DNA of 64,000 nucleotides from an uncultured Gammaproteobacteria bacterium (GTDB lineage Bacteria; Patescibacteriota; Patescibacteriia; Magasanikbacterales; GWA2-37-8): assembly GCA_964634875.1 (NCBI GenBank), contig CAZWKA010000001.1, forward strand, positions 101,600-165,599, given 5' to 3'. The translations under genes were made by a program, and so were the position numbers. Position 1 is the stretch's first letter. Each line of letters starts with the position of its first letter. This document shows positions 29,667 to 40,314 of this stretch, one piece after another. A model generated the notes under the pieces. It did not search any database. It was not told where the DNA came from and worked only from the letters and a program-made list of their open reading frames with translations.

Positions 29667-30509
29667 ATGGCTATTAAAATTTACAAACCAACATCCCCTG
29701 GCCGCCGCCAATCAAGTGTCGACGCATTCGCCGACATTACTAAGCACAAACCAGAAAAAAGCCTGATCAAGATTTTGCAGCCAAAAAGTGGCCGCAACAA
29801 CCAGGGTCATATTACGGTTCGCCATCAGGGTGGTGGTGCCAAGAAATTTTATCGTTTGGTTGATTTTAAACAACAGCGCTTTGGCGTTGAAGCAACGGTT
29901 TTGGCAATCGAATACGATCCAAACCGCACTTCCCGCATCGCCCTTATTGAATATAGTGACAAAGTTAAATCGTATATCCTCGCTCCTGAAGGTTTGACCG
30001 TGGGAGACAAGATTCAATCAGAAAAGGGTGTGAACGAAGCTAAAGTCGGCAACCGCATGCCCCTTGAATTCATCCCAGTTGGTTTGTTTGTTCATAATGT
30101 TGAACTAACACCCGGTAAAGGAGGGCAGATGGTTCGCGGTGCAGCAATGGCTGCCCAGCTCGTCGGTAGTGAAGGACGGTATGCTCAGTTGAAATTACCT
30201 TCTGGTGAAGTTCGTGCGGTTTTGAAAGAATGTGCTGCCACAATCGGCATGCTCGGTAACTCAGACCACCGCTTGATCCGTTGGGGTAAGGCCGGCCGTA
30301 TGCGCCATCGCGGTATTAAGCCAACGGTTAAAGGTAAAAATATGAACCCTGTCGACCACCCGCACGGTGGTGGTGAAGGCCATAGTCCGATTGGTCAGAA
30401 ACGTGGTCCGCAGACGGTTTATGGTAAAGCTGCTCGCGGTGTCCGTACTCGCCAGCCACAGAAATGGAGCAACAAGTTTATTATCAAGTCCCGCCGCGCT
30501 CGCGCCTAA
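29667..30509 (+). CDS. rplB: 50S ribosomal protein L2
   Basis: GRNNQGHITVRH, EYDPNR, MNPVDHPHGGGEG. Confidence 0.99.
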   Translation: MAIKIYKPTSPGRRQSSVDAFADITKHKPEKSLIKILQPKSGRNNQGHITVRHQGGGAKKFYRLVDFKQQRFGVEATVLAIEYDPNRTSRIALIEYSDKVKSYILAPEGLTVGDKIQSEKGVNEAKVGNRMPLEFIPVGLFVHNVELTPGKGGQMVRGAAMAAQLVGSEGRYAQLKLPSGEVRAVLKECAATIGMLGNSDHRLIRWGKAGRMRHRGIKPTVKGKNMNPVDHPHGGGEGHSPIGQKRGPQTVYGKAARGVRTRQPQKWSNKFIIKSRRARA

Positions 30510-30536
30510 CTATATCCACTTTAAAGTTACTACTGT

Positions 30537-30857
30537 ATGTCTAGAAGTCTTAAAAAAGGTCCTTACATCGATCCACGGGTCGTCAAAAAAGTGACGGCAC
30601 TCAAGGATAGCGGCAAACGCACGCCAATTAAAACTTGGTCCCGCGCTTGTGTTATTACACCAGAAATGGTCGGCGTTACCTTTTTAGTACATAACGGTAA
30701 GGACTTTCTGACAGTATTGGTTGAAGAAAATATGGTTGGACATCGCCTTGGTGAAATGGCGCCAACGCGCAAGTTTATTCGCCATGGTGGTAAGATGGCT
30801 AAGGAAGAAGCTGGCAAATCAGCTGCTCCAGCCGCCCCCGCTGCTAAAAAGAAATAA
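30537..30857 (+). CDS. rpsS: 30S ribosomal protein S19
   Basis: [20 protein letters not shown]. Confidence 0.98.
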   Translation: MSRSLKKGPYIDPRVVKKVTALKDSGKRTPIKTWSRACVITPEMVGVTFLVHNGKDFLTVLVEENMVGHRLGEMAPTRKFIRHGGKMAKEEAGKSAAPAAPAAKKK

Positions 30858-30866
30858 TCTTTGCAT

Positions 30867-31322
30867 ATGAAGGAAGTACAAGCCCATTTACGATTTTTGA
30901 GACAGAGCCCGCGTAAGGTTCGTTTGGTTGCGGATCTTATCCGTGGCAGGCGCGCTGAACGTGCGGTGAATACATTGTCGCTATTGAACAAGGTTGCTGC
31001 TGGCCCGCTCTTGAAACTTTTGAAATCAGCAATGGCCAACGCCACTCACAACTTTTCTCTCCCTGTTGGGACTTTAAAAGTAGCCAAGATTACGGTTGAT
31101 GGTGGTCCAGCCCTGAAACGCTGGATGCCGAAAGCCCATGGCCGCGCTACTCCGGTTCGCGAACCTACTTCACATATTACGATTGTGTTGACTGGCGAAG
31201 GGGTTGAAAAACAAGAAACCAAAACAGAAGAAAAAGTAATTGATGCTACCGAAGTTGTCGAAGAAAAACCAAAGAAAAAACCGGCAGCTAAAAAAACCGC
31301 TACTAAAGCTAAGACTAAATAA
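30867..31322 (+). CDS. rplV: 50S ribosomal protein L22
   Basis: SPRKVRLVADLIRG and SHITIVL. Confidence 0.97.
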   Translation: MKEVQAHLRFLRQSPRKVRLVADLIRGRRAERAVNTLSLLNKVAAGPLLKLLKSAMANATHNFSLPVGTLKVAKITVDGGPALKRWMPKAHGRATPVREPTSHITIVLTGEGVEKQETKTEEKVIDATEVVEEKPKKKPAAKKTATKAKTK

Positions 31323-31353
31323 TTTTACTCCACATCTCTAAAGCTCTAATGCT

Positions 31354-32073
31354 ATGGGTCACAAAGTACATCCGAAAATTCATCGCATTCCCTTTATCTT
31401 CCCTTGGGATTCCCGTTGGTTTGGCCGCGGCCGACAATTGCCGGAATTTTTAAAGCACGAAGTGCAAACCCGCCAATACCTCATGAAGAAATTGCGCGAT
31501 GCCGGTATCGACTCTATCAGTGTTGAGCGTTCACCAAAAGAATTCGTGATTACGATCCTAGCTGCAAAACCAGGTGTTATCATCGGACGTAGTGGACAGG
31601 GTCTCGAAGATCTGCGGAAAGAAATTGAGAAAAAAATCTTGGGCTTCAAGCTCAAAGTAAAATTAAATATCCAGGCAGTTACGAATCCCGCTCTCTCTGC
31701 TGCCATCGTGGCTCAGAGTGCTGCAGACGAAATTGAACGCCGCTTGCCTTTCCGCCGTGTTATGAAGCAAGCAATCCAGAAAGTGATGTCTGCTGGTGCC
31801 AAGGGAGTTAAGATGAAAATGGGTGGACGGTTGAATGGTGCTGAAATTGCCCGTACCGAAAAATTGGCTGATGGTAAAATGTCCTTAATTACGATCCGCA
31901 GCAACGTTGATTACGCTACTGCGGAAGCTCAGACCATGTACGGCAAGATTGGTATCAAAGTTTGGATCTACCACGGTGAGACTTTTGGCCGCCATGATAA
32001 GTTTGAAAAGAAAGAAACTAACCAGAATAACGAACAGAAACCAGCTCAGCGCCAGACGACTACAAAAAAATAA
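31354..32073 (+). CDS. rpsC: 30S ribosomal protein S3
   Basis: MGHKVHP, GRLNGAEIAR, GKIGIKVWI. Confidence 0.98.
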   Translation: MGHKVHPKIHRIPFIFPWDSRWFGRGRQLPEFLKHEVQTRQYLMKKLRDAGIDSISVERSPKEFVITILAAKPGVIIGRSGQGLEDLRKEIEKKILGFKLKVKLNIQAVTNPALSAAIVAQSAADEIERRLPFRRVMKQAIQKVMSAGAKGVKMKMGGRLNGAEIARTEKLADGKMSLITIRSNVDYATAEAQTMYGKIGIKVWIYHGETFGRHDKFEKKETNQNNEQKPAQRQTTTKK

Positions 32074-32104
32074 CCTTTGATATTACGAATTTGGATTTTG
32101 AGAT

Positions 32105-32521
32105 ATGCTTTTACCTAAAAAAGTACAACACCGCAAATGGCATAAAGGCCGCCGTCGCCAAAAAGGCGTCGCTACTCGTGCTAACAACCTCAGTTTCGGG
32201 GACTTCGGTCTCAAGAGCGAGAGTTATGGCTGGGTAACGAGCCGCCAAATTGAAGCGGTCCGCCGTGTTTTGACGCGCTATGTCCGCCGCGGTGGCAAGA
32301 TCTGGATTCGTGTATTCCCAGATAAACCAGTTACCAAAAAAGGTAATGAAACCCCGATGGGTGGTGGTAAAGGTGCTCCGGATCATTATGTAGCCGTCGT
32401 AAAACCTGGTACCATGCTATTTGAGATGGTTGGTGTAACTCCGGAAGCAGCGAAAGAAGCGATGCACCTGGCCGGTTACAAATTTGGGTTAAAGACCAGA
32501 TTTATTGAAAAACAAAAATAA
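32105..32521 (+). CDS. rplP: 50S ribosomal protein L16
   Basis: [12 protein letters not shown] and MGGGKG. Confidence 0.98.
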   Translation: MLLPKKVQHRKWHKGRRRQKGVATRANNLSFGDFGLKSESYGWVTSRQIEAVRRVLTRYVRRGGKIWIRVFPDKPVTKKGNETPMGGGKGAPDHYVAVVKPGTMLFEMVGVTPEAAKEAMHLAGYKFGLKTRFIEKQK

Positions 32522-32527
32522 AATCGT

Positions 32528-32719
32528 ATGGAATTTGCTGAACTTAAAAATAAAAATGTTACCGAACTCAAGGAAATTTTGGCCGATCAGCGTGCCCTTC
32601 TTCGGGAATACCGCTTCAAAGCCAAAGCGAACGCCTTGAAGCAGGTACACCTGGTCCCAGCTGCCCGCAAAATTGTCGCCCAAGTGGTAATGCTGTTAAA
32701 AGATAAACAAAAAGCTTAA
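32528..32719 (+). CDS. rpmC: 50S ribosomal protein L29
   Basis: Size, position and ARKIVAQV motif. Confidence 0.9.
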   Translation: MEFAELKNKNVTELKEILADQRALLREYRFKAKANALKQVHLVPAARKIVAQVVMLLKDKQKA

Positions 32720-32720
32720 T

Positions 32721-32984
32721 ATGGAAAAAACTACTACCCCCATTAAACACGTTCGCCAATTTACCGGCCTGGTCGTATCAACTGGTATGCAGAAGACTAT
32801 TACGGTAAAGATTGATGCGATGAAAATGCACCAGAAATACCAGAAAAGCTACCGGGTTAGTCGCAAATACCATGTGCATGATGAAAAAGGCGATGCCAAG
32901 GTGGGAGATATGGTTGAATTTAAGGAATGCCGCCCCTTGTCTAAGACCAAACGCTGGACACTGACCGCTGTTTTAAAAAAGTAA
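32721..32984 (+). CDS. rpsQ: 30S ribosomal protein S17
   Basis: MQKTITV, HDE, CRPLSKTKRW. Confidence 0.97.
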   Translation: MEKTTTPIKHVRQFTGLVVSTGMQKTITVKIDAMKMHQKYQKSYRVSRKYHVHDEKGDAKVGDMVEFKECRPLSKTKRWTLTAVLKK

Positions 32985-32990
32985 TGTAGT

Positions 32991-33071
32991 GGTCATTTCG
33001 AGCGAAGCGATAAATCTTTCGAAGAAAGAATTAAGGTTGTAGAAAGATTCCTGGCTTCGTTCGGAATGACA
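32991..33071. repeat. Palindromic GTCATT...AATGAC intergenic element
   Basis: gtcatttcgagcgaagc...gcttcgttcggaatgac. Confidence 0.7.
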
Positions 33072-33106
33072 GTAAAAGAAAATAAAGAATTTATAATTTT
33101 GATTGT

Positions 33107-33478
33107 ATGATCCAACACCGCTCAATGCTGAATGTCGCCGATAACGCCGGAGCTAAAAAACTCCAGTGCATCCGCGTCCTTGGCGGCTATAAAAAACGTT
33201 ATGCCCAGATCGGGGATATCATCACCTGCGTCGTCAAAGAAGCAGCTCCTCGTGGCATCGTCAAAAAGAGCGAGGTGGTCCATGCTGTCATTGTCCGCCA
33301 GCGCAAAGAATACCGACGCGTTGACGGTACCTATATCCGCTTTGATGAGAATGCCGCTGTAATTATTGACCGTAAGAGCAAAGAACCGAAAGGTTCGCGC
33401 ATCTTCGGGCCAATCGCCCGCGAGCTCCGCACCAAAGGTTTTCAAAAGATTATTTCCTTAGCTCCGGAAGTTTTATAA
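33107..33478 (+). CDS. rplN: 50S ribosomal protein L14
   Basis: [22 protein letters not shown]. Confidence 0.99.
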   Translation: MIQHRSMLNVADNAGAKKLQCIRVLGGYKKRYAQIGDIITCVVKEAAPRGIVKKSEVVHAVIVRQRKEYRRVDGTYIRFDENAAVIIDRKSKEPKGSRIFGPIARELRTKGFQKIISLAPEVL

Positions 33479-33502
33479 ACCTGCTTCCAACTCATATCGA
33501 TT

Positions 33503-33808
33503 ATGAAAATTAAAACTAACGACAACGTCAAAGTTATCAGTGGTAAAGACAAAGGAAAGACCGGCAAGGTCATCCAAGTTTTTAAAGCTGAAGGAAAAGT
33601 TGTTGTCGAAGACGTTAACAAAATCAAAAAACATATCCGTTCCCGGAAGCAAGGAGAAAAAGGACAGGTGATTGAGCTCTCTGGCCCGATGGCCGCAAGC
33701 AAAGTCATGTTGGTCTGCCCACGCTGTTCAAAACCAACTCGTATTGGCGCCAAAATCGATGGCGACAAAAAATTCCGTGTTTGTTCTAAATGCCACGAAG
33801 TAATCTAG
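33503..33808 (+). CDS. rplX: 50S ribosomal protein L24
   Basis: KOW motif VKVISGKDKGKTGKV. Confidence 0.97.
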   Translation: MKIKTNDNVKVISGKDKGKTGKVIQVFKAEGKVVVEDVNKIKKHIRSRKQGEKGQVIELSGPMAASKVMLVCPRCSKPTRIGAKIDGDKKFRVCSKCHEVI

Positions 33809-33815
33809 CTATTAT

Positions 33816-34358
33816 ATGACGAAAAATCTGTACGAACGCTACAAAACCGAGATTGTGCCAGCGCTCATGAAAGACGCGGGCTACAAGAACGTCATGCAAG
33901 TACCGAAAATTACCAAAGTGGTTGTCAATGTTGGTGTTGGCCGATTCGTGAAAGAAGCTAATTTCATTGATAACGTTGAAAAAGTTTTAACTAAGATTAC
34001 TGGTCAGAAGCCAATCCGTACCAAGGCCAAGAAATCTATTTCCAACTTCAAAATCCGTGAAGGTATGGAAATTGGTGTGGTTGTAACCCTCCGGGGTCCC
34101 CAGATGTACCAATTCCTCGAAAAACTCCTTCGTGTTACTTTCCCTCGCGTCCGTGATTTCCATGGTATCTCTGACAAGGCCTTCGACCGCCAGGGCAACT
34201 ACACGATTGGTTTCAAAGAAAACATTGCCTTCCCGGAAGTAAAGATGGAAGAGATCGACAAGGTTCACGGTCTCCAGATCATTGTTGCTACAACTGCCAA
34301 GAGCAAAGAAGAAGGAAAAAAGCTTTTGGGTGCACTCGGTTTCCCTTTTAGTAAATAA
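33816..34358 (+). CDS. rplE: 50S ribosomal protein L5
   Basis: ITGQKP, FKIREG, PRVRDF, FDRQGNY. Confidence 0.98.
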   Translation: MTKNLYERYKTEIVPALMKDAGYKNVMQVPKITKVVVNVGVGRFVKEANFIDNVEKVLTKITGQKPIRTKAKKSISNFKIREGMEIGVVVTLRGPQMYQFLEKLLRVTFPRVRDFHGISDKAFDRQGNYTIGFKENIAFPEVKMEEIDKVHGLQIIVATTAKSKEEGKKLLGALGFPFSK

Positions 34359-34384
34359 TTTCTTACTCGTTACTCCTCTTACGT

Positions 34385-34570
34385 ATGGCTACTCAAGGAC
34401 AAATCGCCAAATCAAACCGCAAACCAAAATTCTCTACCCGTATTGTACGACGCTGCTGGAAATGCGGCCGTCGCCGCGGGTTCATGAGGCATTTTGAGTT
34501 GTGCCGCATTTGTTTCCGAGAGCTCGCAAATAACGGCAAGATTCCGGGGATCCGCAAGTCGAGTTGGTAA
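34385..34570 (+). CDS. rpsN: 30S ribosomal protein S14, Zn-binding type
   Basis: CWKCGR..CRICFRE..IPGIRKSSW; 61 aa. Confidence 0.97.
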   Translation: MATQGQIAKSNRKPKFSTRIVRRCWKCGRRRGFMRHFELCRICFRELANNGKIPGIRKSSW

Positions 34571-34613
34571 TTTACTTTTTCAAAATCATATCCAATCTAA
34601 AAATACTTAACGT

Positions 34614-35003
34614 ATGATGACTGATCCAATCGCTGACATGTTAACCCGCATCCGGAATGCCTCAATGGTTCATAAGAAAGAAGTGGCTATTCCGTTCTCC
34701 AAAGTCAAAATGGCTATTGCCACGATTTTGGTTCGCGAAGGTTATTTGACCAAAGCGGAAGAACTGGTTGACAAACACCCGTATCTTTTGGTGACCCTGA
34801 AATACAATAATGGCACGCCAGCGATCCAGCACATCAAGCGTATTTCGACTCCCGGCCATCGACAGTATATCAAAAAGGACAGCATCAAACGTATTTTGAA
34901 TGGCTACGGGATGGCAATACTTTCCACTTCGCAGGGGATGATGACTGACCAAGAGGCCCGCAAGGCAGCCGTTGGCGGCGAGCTTATCTGCGAGATTTAT
35001 TAA
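34614..35003 (+). CDS. rpsH: 30S ribosomal protein S8
   Basis: DPIADMLTRIRNA, STSQG, GGELI. Confidence 0.98.
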   Translation: MMTDPIADMLTRIRNASMVHKKEVAIPFSKVKMAIATILVREGYLTKAEELVDKHPYLLVTLKYNNGTPAIQHIKRISTPGHRQYIKKDSIKRILNGYGMAILSTSQGMMTDQEARKAAVGGELICEIY

Positions 35004-35017
35004 ACTTTTTTACGCAT

Positions 35018-35563
35018 ATGTCTCGTATTGGAAAAAAAATCCTCACCCTTCCCGCTGGCGTAACTGTGGAGATCAGCGCGACAAGTATTTCAATGAAAGG
35101 CCCTAAAGGCGAATTGAAGCTTGCATTGCATCCGCATATTAGTATCGTAAAAAACGATGCTGAAATATCGGTAAAAACGGTCAACGAAGAAAACAAGCGC
35201 GACCGTGCCCTCTGGGGAACCTTTGCCAGCCTTCTCGAAAACATGCTCGAAGGCGTTACCAATGGTTTTAAAAAGCAACTTGAAATCAACGGTGTTGGTT
35301 ACAAGGCTGCACTCAAAGGCAAGGCTTTGTCTTTGGAAGTTGGTTATTCCCATCCGGTAGAATTTGAAGCGCCAGCAGGGATTACCTTTAGTGTAGAAAA
35401 AAATCTCATTACTGTTGAAGGTATTGATAAGCATTTGGTTGGTGAAACGGCTGCACAGATCCGCGCCATCAAGAAACCTGAGCCGTATAAGGGCAAGGGT
35501 ATTAAATATCTTACCGAAGTCATCCGTCGCAAGGCTGGTAAGACTGCGGCAAAGAGCGCATAA
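35018..35563 (+). CDS. rplF: 50S ribosomal protein L6
   Basis: MSRIGK and PEPYKGKGI. Confidence 0.98.
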   Translation: MSRIGKKILTLPAGVTVEISATSISMKGPKGELKLALHPHISIVKNDAEISVKTVNEENKRDRALWGTFASLLENMLEGVTNGFKKQLEINGVGYKAALKGKALSLEVGYSHPVEFEAPAGITFSVEKNLITVEGIDKHLVGETAAQIRAIKKPEPYKGKGIKYLTEVIRRKAGKTAAKSA

Positions 35564-35578
35564 TCAACGTATACTCCT

Positions 35579-35953
35579 ATGAAACGATTATTGACCACAA
35601 CTAAAAATAAACTGCGCCAAGTCCGGCACCTCCGGGTTCGTGCCCTAGTGAAGGGTACTGCGATGAAGCCTCGTCTTTCTGTATTCCGTGGCAACAAAGC
35701 TATGGAACTCCAGCTGATTGACGATGCAGCAGGTAAAACACTGTGTGCTGTTAAAACGACTGAAGTAAAGGCAAAAGTGGCGGAGGGACGCAGTGCAAAA
35801 GCCTCGCTCGGTTACTTGGCCGGTAAACTCCTGGCCGAAAAAGCAGCGGGGAAAGGTATTAAGGCTGTTGTTTTTGACCGCGGCGGATATAGCTATCATG
35901 GACGCGTAGCAGCTGTTGCTGATGGTGCCCGTGAAGGCGGTTTAGTTTTTTAG
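35579..35953 (+). CDS. rplR: 50S ribosomal protein L18
   Basis: PRLSVFR and VVFDRGGYSYHGRV. Confidence 0.97.
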   Translation: MKRLLTTTKNKLRQVRHLRVRALVKGTAMKPRLSVFRGNKAMELQLIDDAAGKTLCAVKTTEVKAKVAEGRSAKASLGYLAGKLLAEKAAGKGIKAVVFDRGGYSYHGRVAAVADGAREGGLVF

Positions 35954-36032
35954 CTCTCCTTAGCTTCGCTCTGGTGAAGCAAATTTTACAGATACTTATA
36001 ACTTTCTATTAGAAAAACTACTTAAACAGACT

Positions 36033-36539
36033 ATGCAAAAACCATCCGATCACAAACGAGGCCGTCGCAATGAGGAAAAGAGTGAATTCGAGCAATACAT
36101 TCTTGATTTGGCGCGCGTCACTCGTGTTACCGAAGGTGGCAAGCATATGAGCTTCCGCGTCTGTATCATCCTCGGCGATCGCCATGGCCGCGTTGGCTAC
36201 GGTGTTGCAAAAGGCGCAGATGTCCAGTTGGGCGTTGAGAAGGCTGTGCATCAAGCCAAGAAGCGTATGATCACTGTGCCGATCATAAAAGAAACGATTC
36301 CTCACGCTGTGGTCCGCAAGTTCAAAGCTGCCGAAGTCATGTTAAAGCCTGCCCCTAGAGGTTCTGGTATCATTGCAGGCGGTGCTGTTCGTTCGGTGCT
36401 CGATCTGGCTGGTATTCCAAATGTTTCGTCTAAAATTTTAGGTAAAACTAAAAACAAGATCGCCATTGTTAAGGCAACCTTTGACGCTTTAAAGAGTTTC
36501 AAGCGTGTGGCCCCAAAGAAGCGTGAAGATAAAGTGTAA
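36033..36539 (+). CDS. rpsE: 30S ribosomal protein S5
   Basis: RVTRVTEGG and PAPRGSGIIAGG. Confidence 0.97.
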   Translation: MQKPSDHKRGRRNEEKSEFEQYILDLARVTRVTEGGKHMSFRVCIILGDRHGRVGYGVAKGADVQLGVEKAVHQAKKRMITVPIIKETIPHAVVRKFKAAEVMLKPAPRGSGIIAGGAVRSVLDLAGIPNVSSKILGKTKNKIAIVKATFDALKSFKRVAPKKREDKV

Positions 36540-36551
36540 GGTAAGTAAGGG

Positions 36552-36665
36552 TGTCATTGCGAGCAAAGCGCAGCAATCCCCTGGATTAAGTACTGGCTAT
36601 TTAAAAAGTATTTCTAAAACCGAGGGGATTGCCACGTCGGTCGTGCCTCCCTCCTCGCAATGACA
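36552..36665. repeat. Palindromic TGTCATTGCGAG...CTCGCAATGACA element at the usual rpmD position
   Basis: Perfect 12-bp terminal inverted repeat, internal GCAATCCCCT/AGGGGATTGC. Confidence 0.85.
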
Positions 36666-36672
36666 AATTAAT

Positions 36673-37110
36673 ATGTTACAACCCCACACAATCAAAGCGG
36701 CCAAAGGTGCCAAGCACCGCGTAAAACGCGTCGGCCGCGGTAACGCTTCGGGACACGGTACTACAGCTACCCGTGGTGGCAAGGGTCAAACTGCCCGCTC
36801 CGGTGGCCAGCGTGGTAACCAGGCTCGCAGCTTCAAACGCCTCTTGCAGTCCACACCAAAACTGCGCGGTTTTACGAGTTTCAAAGCCCGCCCAGCCGAG
36901 GTGTATCTTGAAGATTTGGAAAAGCATTTTGCTGCCGGTGATTTGGTGACACTTGTCACGCTTCATGAGAAAAAACTCATCCCAACAGCTGCAAAGTCCG
37001 CTAAAATTTTAAACTCCGGCAGCTTGACTAAGAAGCTTATATTTCAGGGTATTAAAACAACCAAGGCTGCCGCTGAAAAGATTACGGCTGCAGGTGGTGA
37101 AGTGAAGTAA
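36673..37110 (+). CDS. rplO: 50S ribosomal protein L15
   Basis: RVGRG..SGHG..RGGKGQTARSG. Confidence 0.97.
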   Translation: MLQPHTIKAAKGAKHRVKRVGRGNASGHGTTATRGGKGQTARSGGQRGNQARSFKRLLQSTPKLRGFTSFKARPAEVYLEDLEKHFAAGDLVTLVTLHEKKLIPTAAKSAKILNSGSLTKKLIFQGIKTTKAAAEKITAAGGEVK

Positions 37111-37188
37111 AAACATCAAGGTTTCGCTTCGCTCCACCTGTCTACCGGCAGGCAGGTTCGGGATTACAATAAGGTAATTACCATTCTT

Positions 37189-38466
37189 ATGTGGGAAAAA
37201 ATCCAACAAATTTGGAAGATCAAGGACATCCGCAATAAATTGCTGTTTGTCTTGGCTATGCTGGTGGTCTATCGTTTGGTTGCCCATATTCCGATCCCGG
37301 GTGTCAACGTTGAGAACCTCCGTACATACCTTGCTGGCAACCAGATCTTGGGGCTTTTGAATATTTTTTCCGGCGGTACGCTCCAGAATTTTTCGATCAT
37401 CATGCTTGGAGTTGGGCCGTACATTACCGCGTCAATCATCATTCAGCTTTTGACCATGCTTATCCCGAGCATGGAAGAGCTCAGCAAAGAAGGTGAATCT
37501 GGTCAGCAAAAAATCAGTCTCTACACTCGTTGGCTTGCTTTGCCTCTCGCAATTTTGCAGGGGTACGCTACTATCAAATTATTGACTCAAACTTCTTCGT
37601 TGCCAATTTTGACTGATTTGTCGATGTTCCGTTTGGTTACTATTTTGGCTACCATTACTGCCGGAACCATGTTCCTTATGTGGATTGGTGAGCTTATTAA
37701 TGAAAAGAAAGTAGGTAATGGCCTTTCACTCCTTATTTTTGCTGGGATCGTGGCTTCGCTTCCGGGTACTGTTCGCAATGCCCTCATTAACTACGACCCC
37801 TCAAATCTTTCTCTCTTTATCGCTTTTGGTATTATCGCGCTCATAACGATTGTTGGTGTAGTTTTCATCAGCGAAGGGCAGCGTAATATCCCGGTTACCT
37901 ATGCCAAGCAAATGCGTGGTCAATCATCATATGGCGGCGCTTCAACCCATCTACCGTTCCGTGTTAACATGGCTGGCGTTATTCCAATTATCTTTGCGAT
38001 CTCACTGATCCTTTTCCCATCTATGATTGCCCAGTTTTTTGTCAGCGCTAAAAGCGTCTGGCTCTCAAACCTGGCAGTCGGTACTATTAAGTTGTTCCAA
38101 AACCAAATCTTCTACGCCGCTTTGTACTTTGCGCTCGTTGTTGGCTTTACCTATTTCTATACGGCTGTTATTTTCCATCCGCAGAAAATTGCCGAGAACC
38201 TTCAGAAACAAGGTGGTTTCATCCCCGGTATCCGCCCTGGCAAAGAAACTGAGCACTACATTGGCCAAACTATGAACCGCCTGAATTTAATCGGAGCGTT
38301 GTTCCTTGGTTCGATTGCTATTTTGCCCCTCATCGTTCAAGGCTTTTCTGGTACGCAGGCCTTCACTATCGGTGGCACCAGCATGCTCATCGTAGTAGCA
38401 GTGGCGATTGAAACTGCTAAACAGATCGATGCGCAGCTGACAGTGCACGAGTACGACAAGGTTTAA
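37189..38466 (+). CDS. secY: Preprotein translocase subunit SecY
   Basis: HIPIPG, LGVGPYITASI, GVIPIIFA, IPGIRPG; multi-TM. Confidence 0.99.
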   Translation: MWEKIQQIWKIKDIRNKLLFVLAMLVVYRLVAHIPIPGVNVENLRTYLAGNQILGLLNIFSGGTLQNFSIIMLGVGPYITASIIIQLLTMLIPSMEELSKEGESGQQKISLYTRWLALPLAILQGYATIKLLTQTSSLPILTDLSMFRLVTILATITAGTMFLMWIGELINEKKVGNGLSLLIFAGIVASLPGTVRNALINYDPSNLSLFIAFGIIALITIVGVVFISEGQRNIPVTYAKQMRGQSSYGGASTHLPFRVNMAGVIPIIFAISLILFPSMIAQFFVSAKSVWLSNLAVGTIKLFQNQIFYAALYFALVVGFTYFYTAVIFHPQKIAENLQKQGGFIPGIRPGKETEHYIGQTMNRLNLIGALFLGSIAILPLIVQGFSGTQAFTIGGTSMLIVVAVAIETAKQIDAQLTVHEYDKV

Positions 38467-38481
38467 ATAAATTTTCAAAAT

Positions 38482-38510
38482 AAAAAATCCCGGCTATGTC
38501 GGGTTTTTTT
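38482..38510 (+). terminator. Intrinsic terminator after secY
   Basis: cccggc-tat-gtcggg followed by T7. Confidence 0.7.
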
Positions 38511-38736
38511 ATTTGGCAGTTGGTTCAACTATATCAATTTCGAGTGCGAACAGGTGCCCTCCCCTGTGGTAATCGGTAGTGCCAAGAAGGCTTTTTTTGA
38601 ATCTTTTCTAAGATACATGGGCACAAACCTGGCAAGCAGGGATTATTGCTTTATGTAAACTAGAAGCTTGATTATTTAGAGGGTATTTGATACGCTAGGT
38701 CGGTAAAATAGCGACAGCTAAAGGCTATTATTTAGT

Positions 38737-39393
38737 ATGAAAAAAATAATTATCCTGGTTGGTCCGCCTGGCTCAGGCAAAGGTACTCAGGCTAAAAAAA
38801 TTGCTGAAAAGCATAACTACCGCCATATTTCGACGGGCGACCTGTTGCGGGCTCTCGATGCCGACGAACAAGCGGTGCCCGAGGAGCGCCAGGCAATGAA
38901 TGACATGAAGCAGGGCAAGCTCGTGGCCGACTGGCTCATTTTCCGGCTCGCTTTTCGCGCTATTGACCGCGCCTTGTCCGAAGGTCGAGGTGTGGTACTC
39001 GATGGGGCGATCCGGAATATTTCCCAGGCTGAAGAATATCAGAAATATTTTAAGGATAAGGGTCTCGAACAGGAAGTGGTGGCTATTGAAGTTGCCCTCT
39101 CTGACGAAGAAGCCTTTAACCGACTTGGTTACCGCCGGGTGTGCAGCCAGTGCGGCGAAATCGTCCGGGCGATCCCGGAAAATACAGACTCCACTTGTCT
39201 CAAGTGCGGAGGTGTGCTGACTACCCGCCCTGATGACGCCGAAGCGGTGGTAAAAAAACGGATTGCCCAGCAAGGCAATGTTGCACTCACGCCGATTGTT
39301 CAGTTTTATAAGGATGCGGGAGCGTTAGTGTCGGTAGACGGCGCACAATCAATTGAAATGGTAGAAAAACAAATAGAAAAAATTTTAGTTTAA
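38737..39393 (+). CDS. adk: Adenylate kinase
   Basis: GPPGSGKGTQA, HISTGDLLR, Cys4 lid. Confidence 0.93.
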   Translation: MKKIIILVGPPGSGKGTQAKKIAEKHNYRHISTGDLLRALDADEQAVPEERQAMNDMKQGKLVADWLIFRLAFRAIDRALSEGRGVVLDGAIRNISQAEEYQKYFKDKGLEQEVVAIEVALSDEEAFNRLGYRRVCSQCGEIVRAIPENTDSTCLKCGGVLTTRPDDAEAVVKKRIAQQGNVALTPIVQFYKDAGALVSVDGAQSIEMVEKQIEKILV

Positions 39394-39489
39394 AGTCCTA
39401 AGCAGAGTAGGCAGAGTAAGTACTAAGTAAAATTTGTACCTACACTGCTTAGAACTTACTCTGCCTATCTTGCTTCACTAAGCAAAAAT

Positions 39490-40314
39490 ATGTTAATCAA
39501 GAGTAAAAAAGAAATCGCCCTCATCGCTGAAGGCGGAAAATTAATGGGTGAAATCTTGAGCGAGCTCAAAGTGTTGTGTAAGCCAGGCATGTCAACGCAT
39601 ACCATTGATCTTCTGGCTGAGAAAAAAATTCTCGCCGTTGGCGGCAAACCGGCTTTTAAAGGCTACACCACTCACGCCACTGACATTCCGTTTCCGGGAA
39701 CGATTTGTGCTTCGGTGAACACCGATCTTGTTCATGCTATTCCCCGTAAAGATGTCATCCTCAAAGATGGTGATATTTTTACGATTGATATTGGTATGGA
39801 ATACCCAGCGGGAAACAGTAAGCGCGGCCGCGGTTTTTTTACCGATACAGCAATTACTTTTTCAATTGGCGAGATTCCCCCCAAGACCAAAGAATTGCTC
39901 CGGGTTACCAAAGAAGCGCTTGAAGTTGGAATGCGGGCGGCAAAGCCTGGTAACAGTGTTGCGAGTATTGGTAAAGCAGTTGAATCGTATGTAAAAAGCC
40001 AGGGTACGTATGGTGTGGTGCGTGATTTGGTTGGGCATGGTGTTGGTCACGAAGTTCACGAGCAGCCGAATATTCCAAACTATTATGACCCGGGGTTGGA
40101 GTCAATTATCTTGAAGCCGGGTATGGTGATTGCTATCGAACCAATGATCTCGATCAGTAAAGAGCATCGGGTAGTAGCCAAGCCCGATGGTTGGACGATC
40201 GCTATGCGCGACAATGCGCTCTCGGCTCATTTTGAGCACACACTTGTGATTACCGCGAAGGGGAATGAGGTGGTGACGAGACGGCCGGGGGAGAGTAAAG
40301 AGGTACTTTGGTAA
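39490..40314 (+). CDS. map: Type I methionyl aminopeptidase
   Basis: GHGVG..HEQP, AIEPM, SAHFEHT. Confidence 0.97.
   Translation: MLIKSKKEIALIAEGGKLMGEILSELKVLCKPGMSTHTIDLLAEKKILAVGGKPAFKGYTTHATDIPFPGTICASVNTDLVHAIPRKDVILKDGDIFTIDIGMEYPAGNSKRGRGFFTDTAITFSIGEIPPKTKELLRVTKEALEVGMRAAKPGNSVASIGKAVESYVKSQGTYGVVRDLVGHGVGHEVHEQPNIPNYYDPGLESIILKPGMVIAIEPMISISKEHRVVAKPDGWTIAMRDNALSAHFEHTLVITAKGNEVVTRRPGESKEVLW

Noticed and set aside
36540-36672. Absence of rpmD (L30) as a novelty
   Set aside because: This is an established CPR trait; it was used only as a taxonomic clue.
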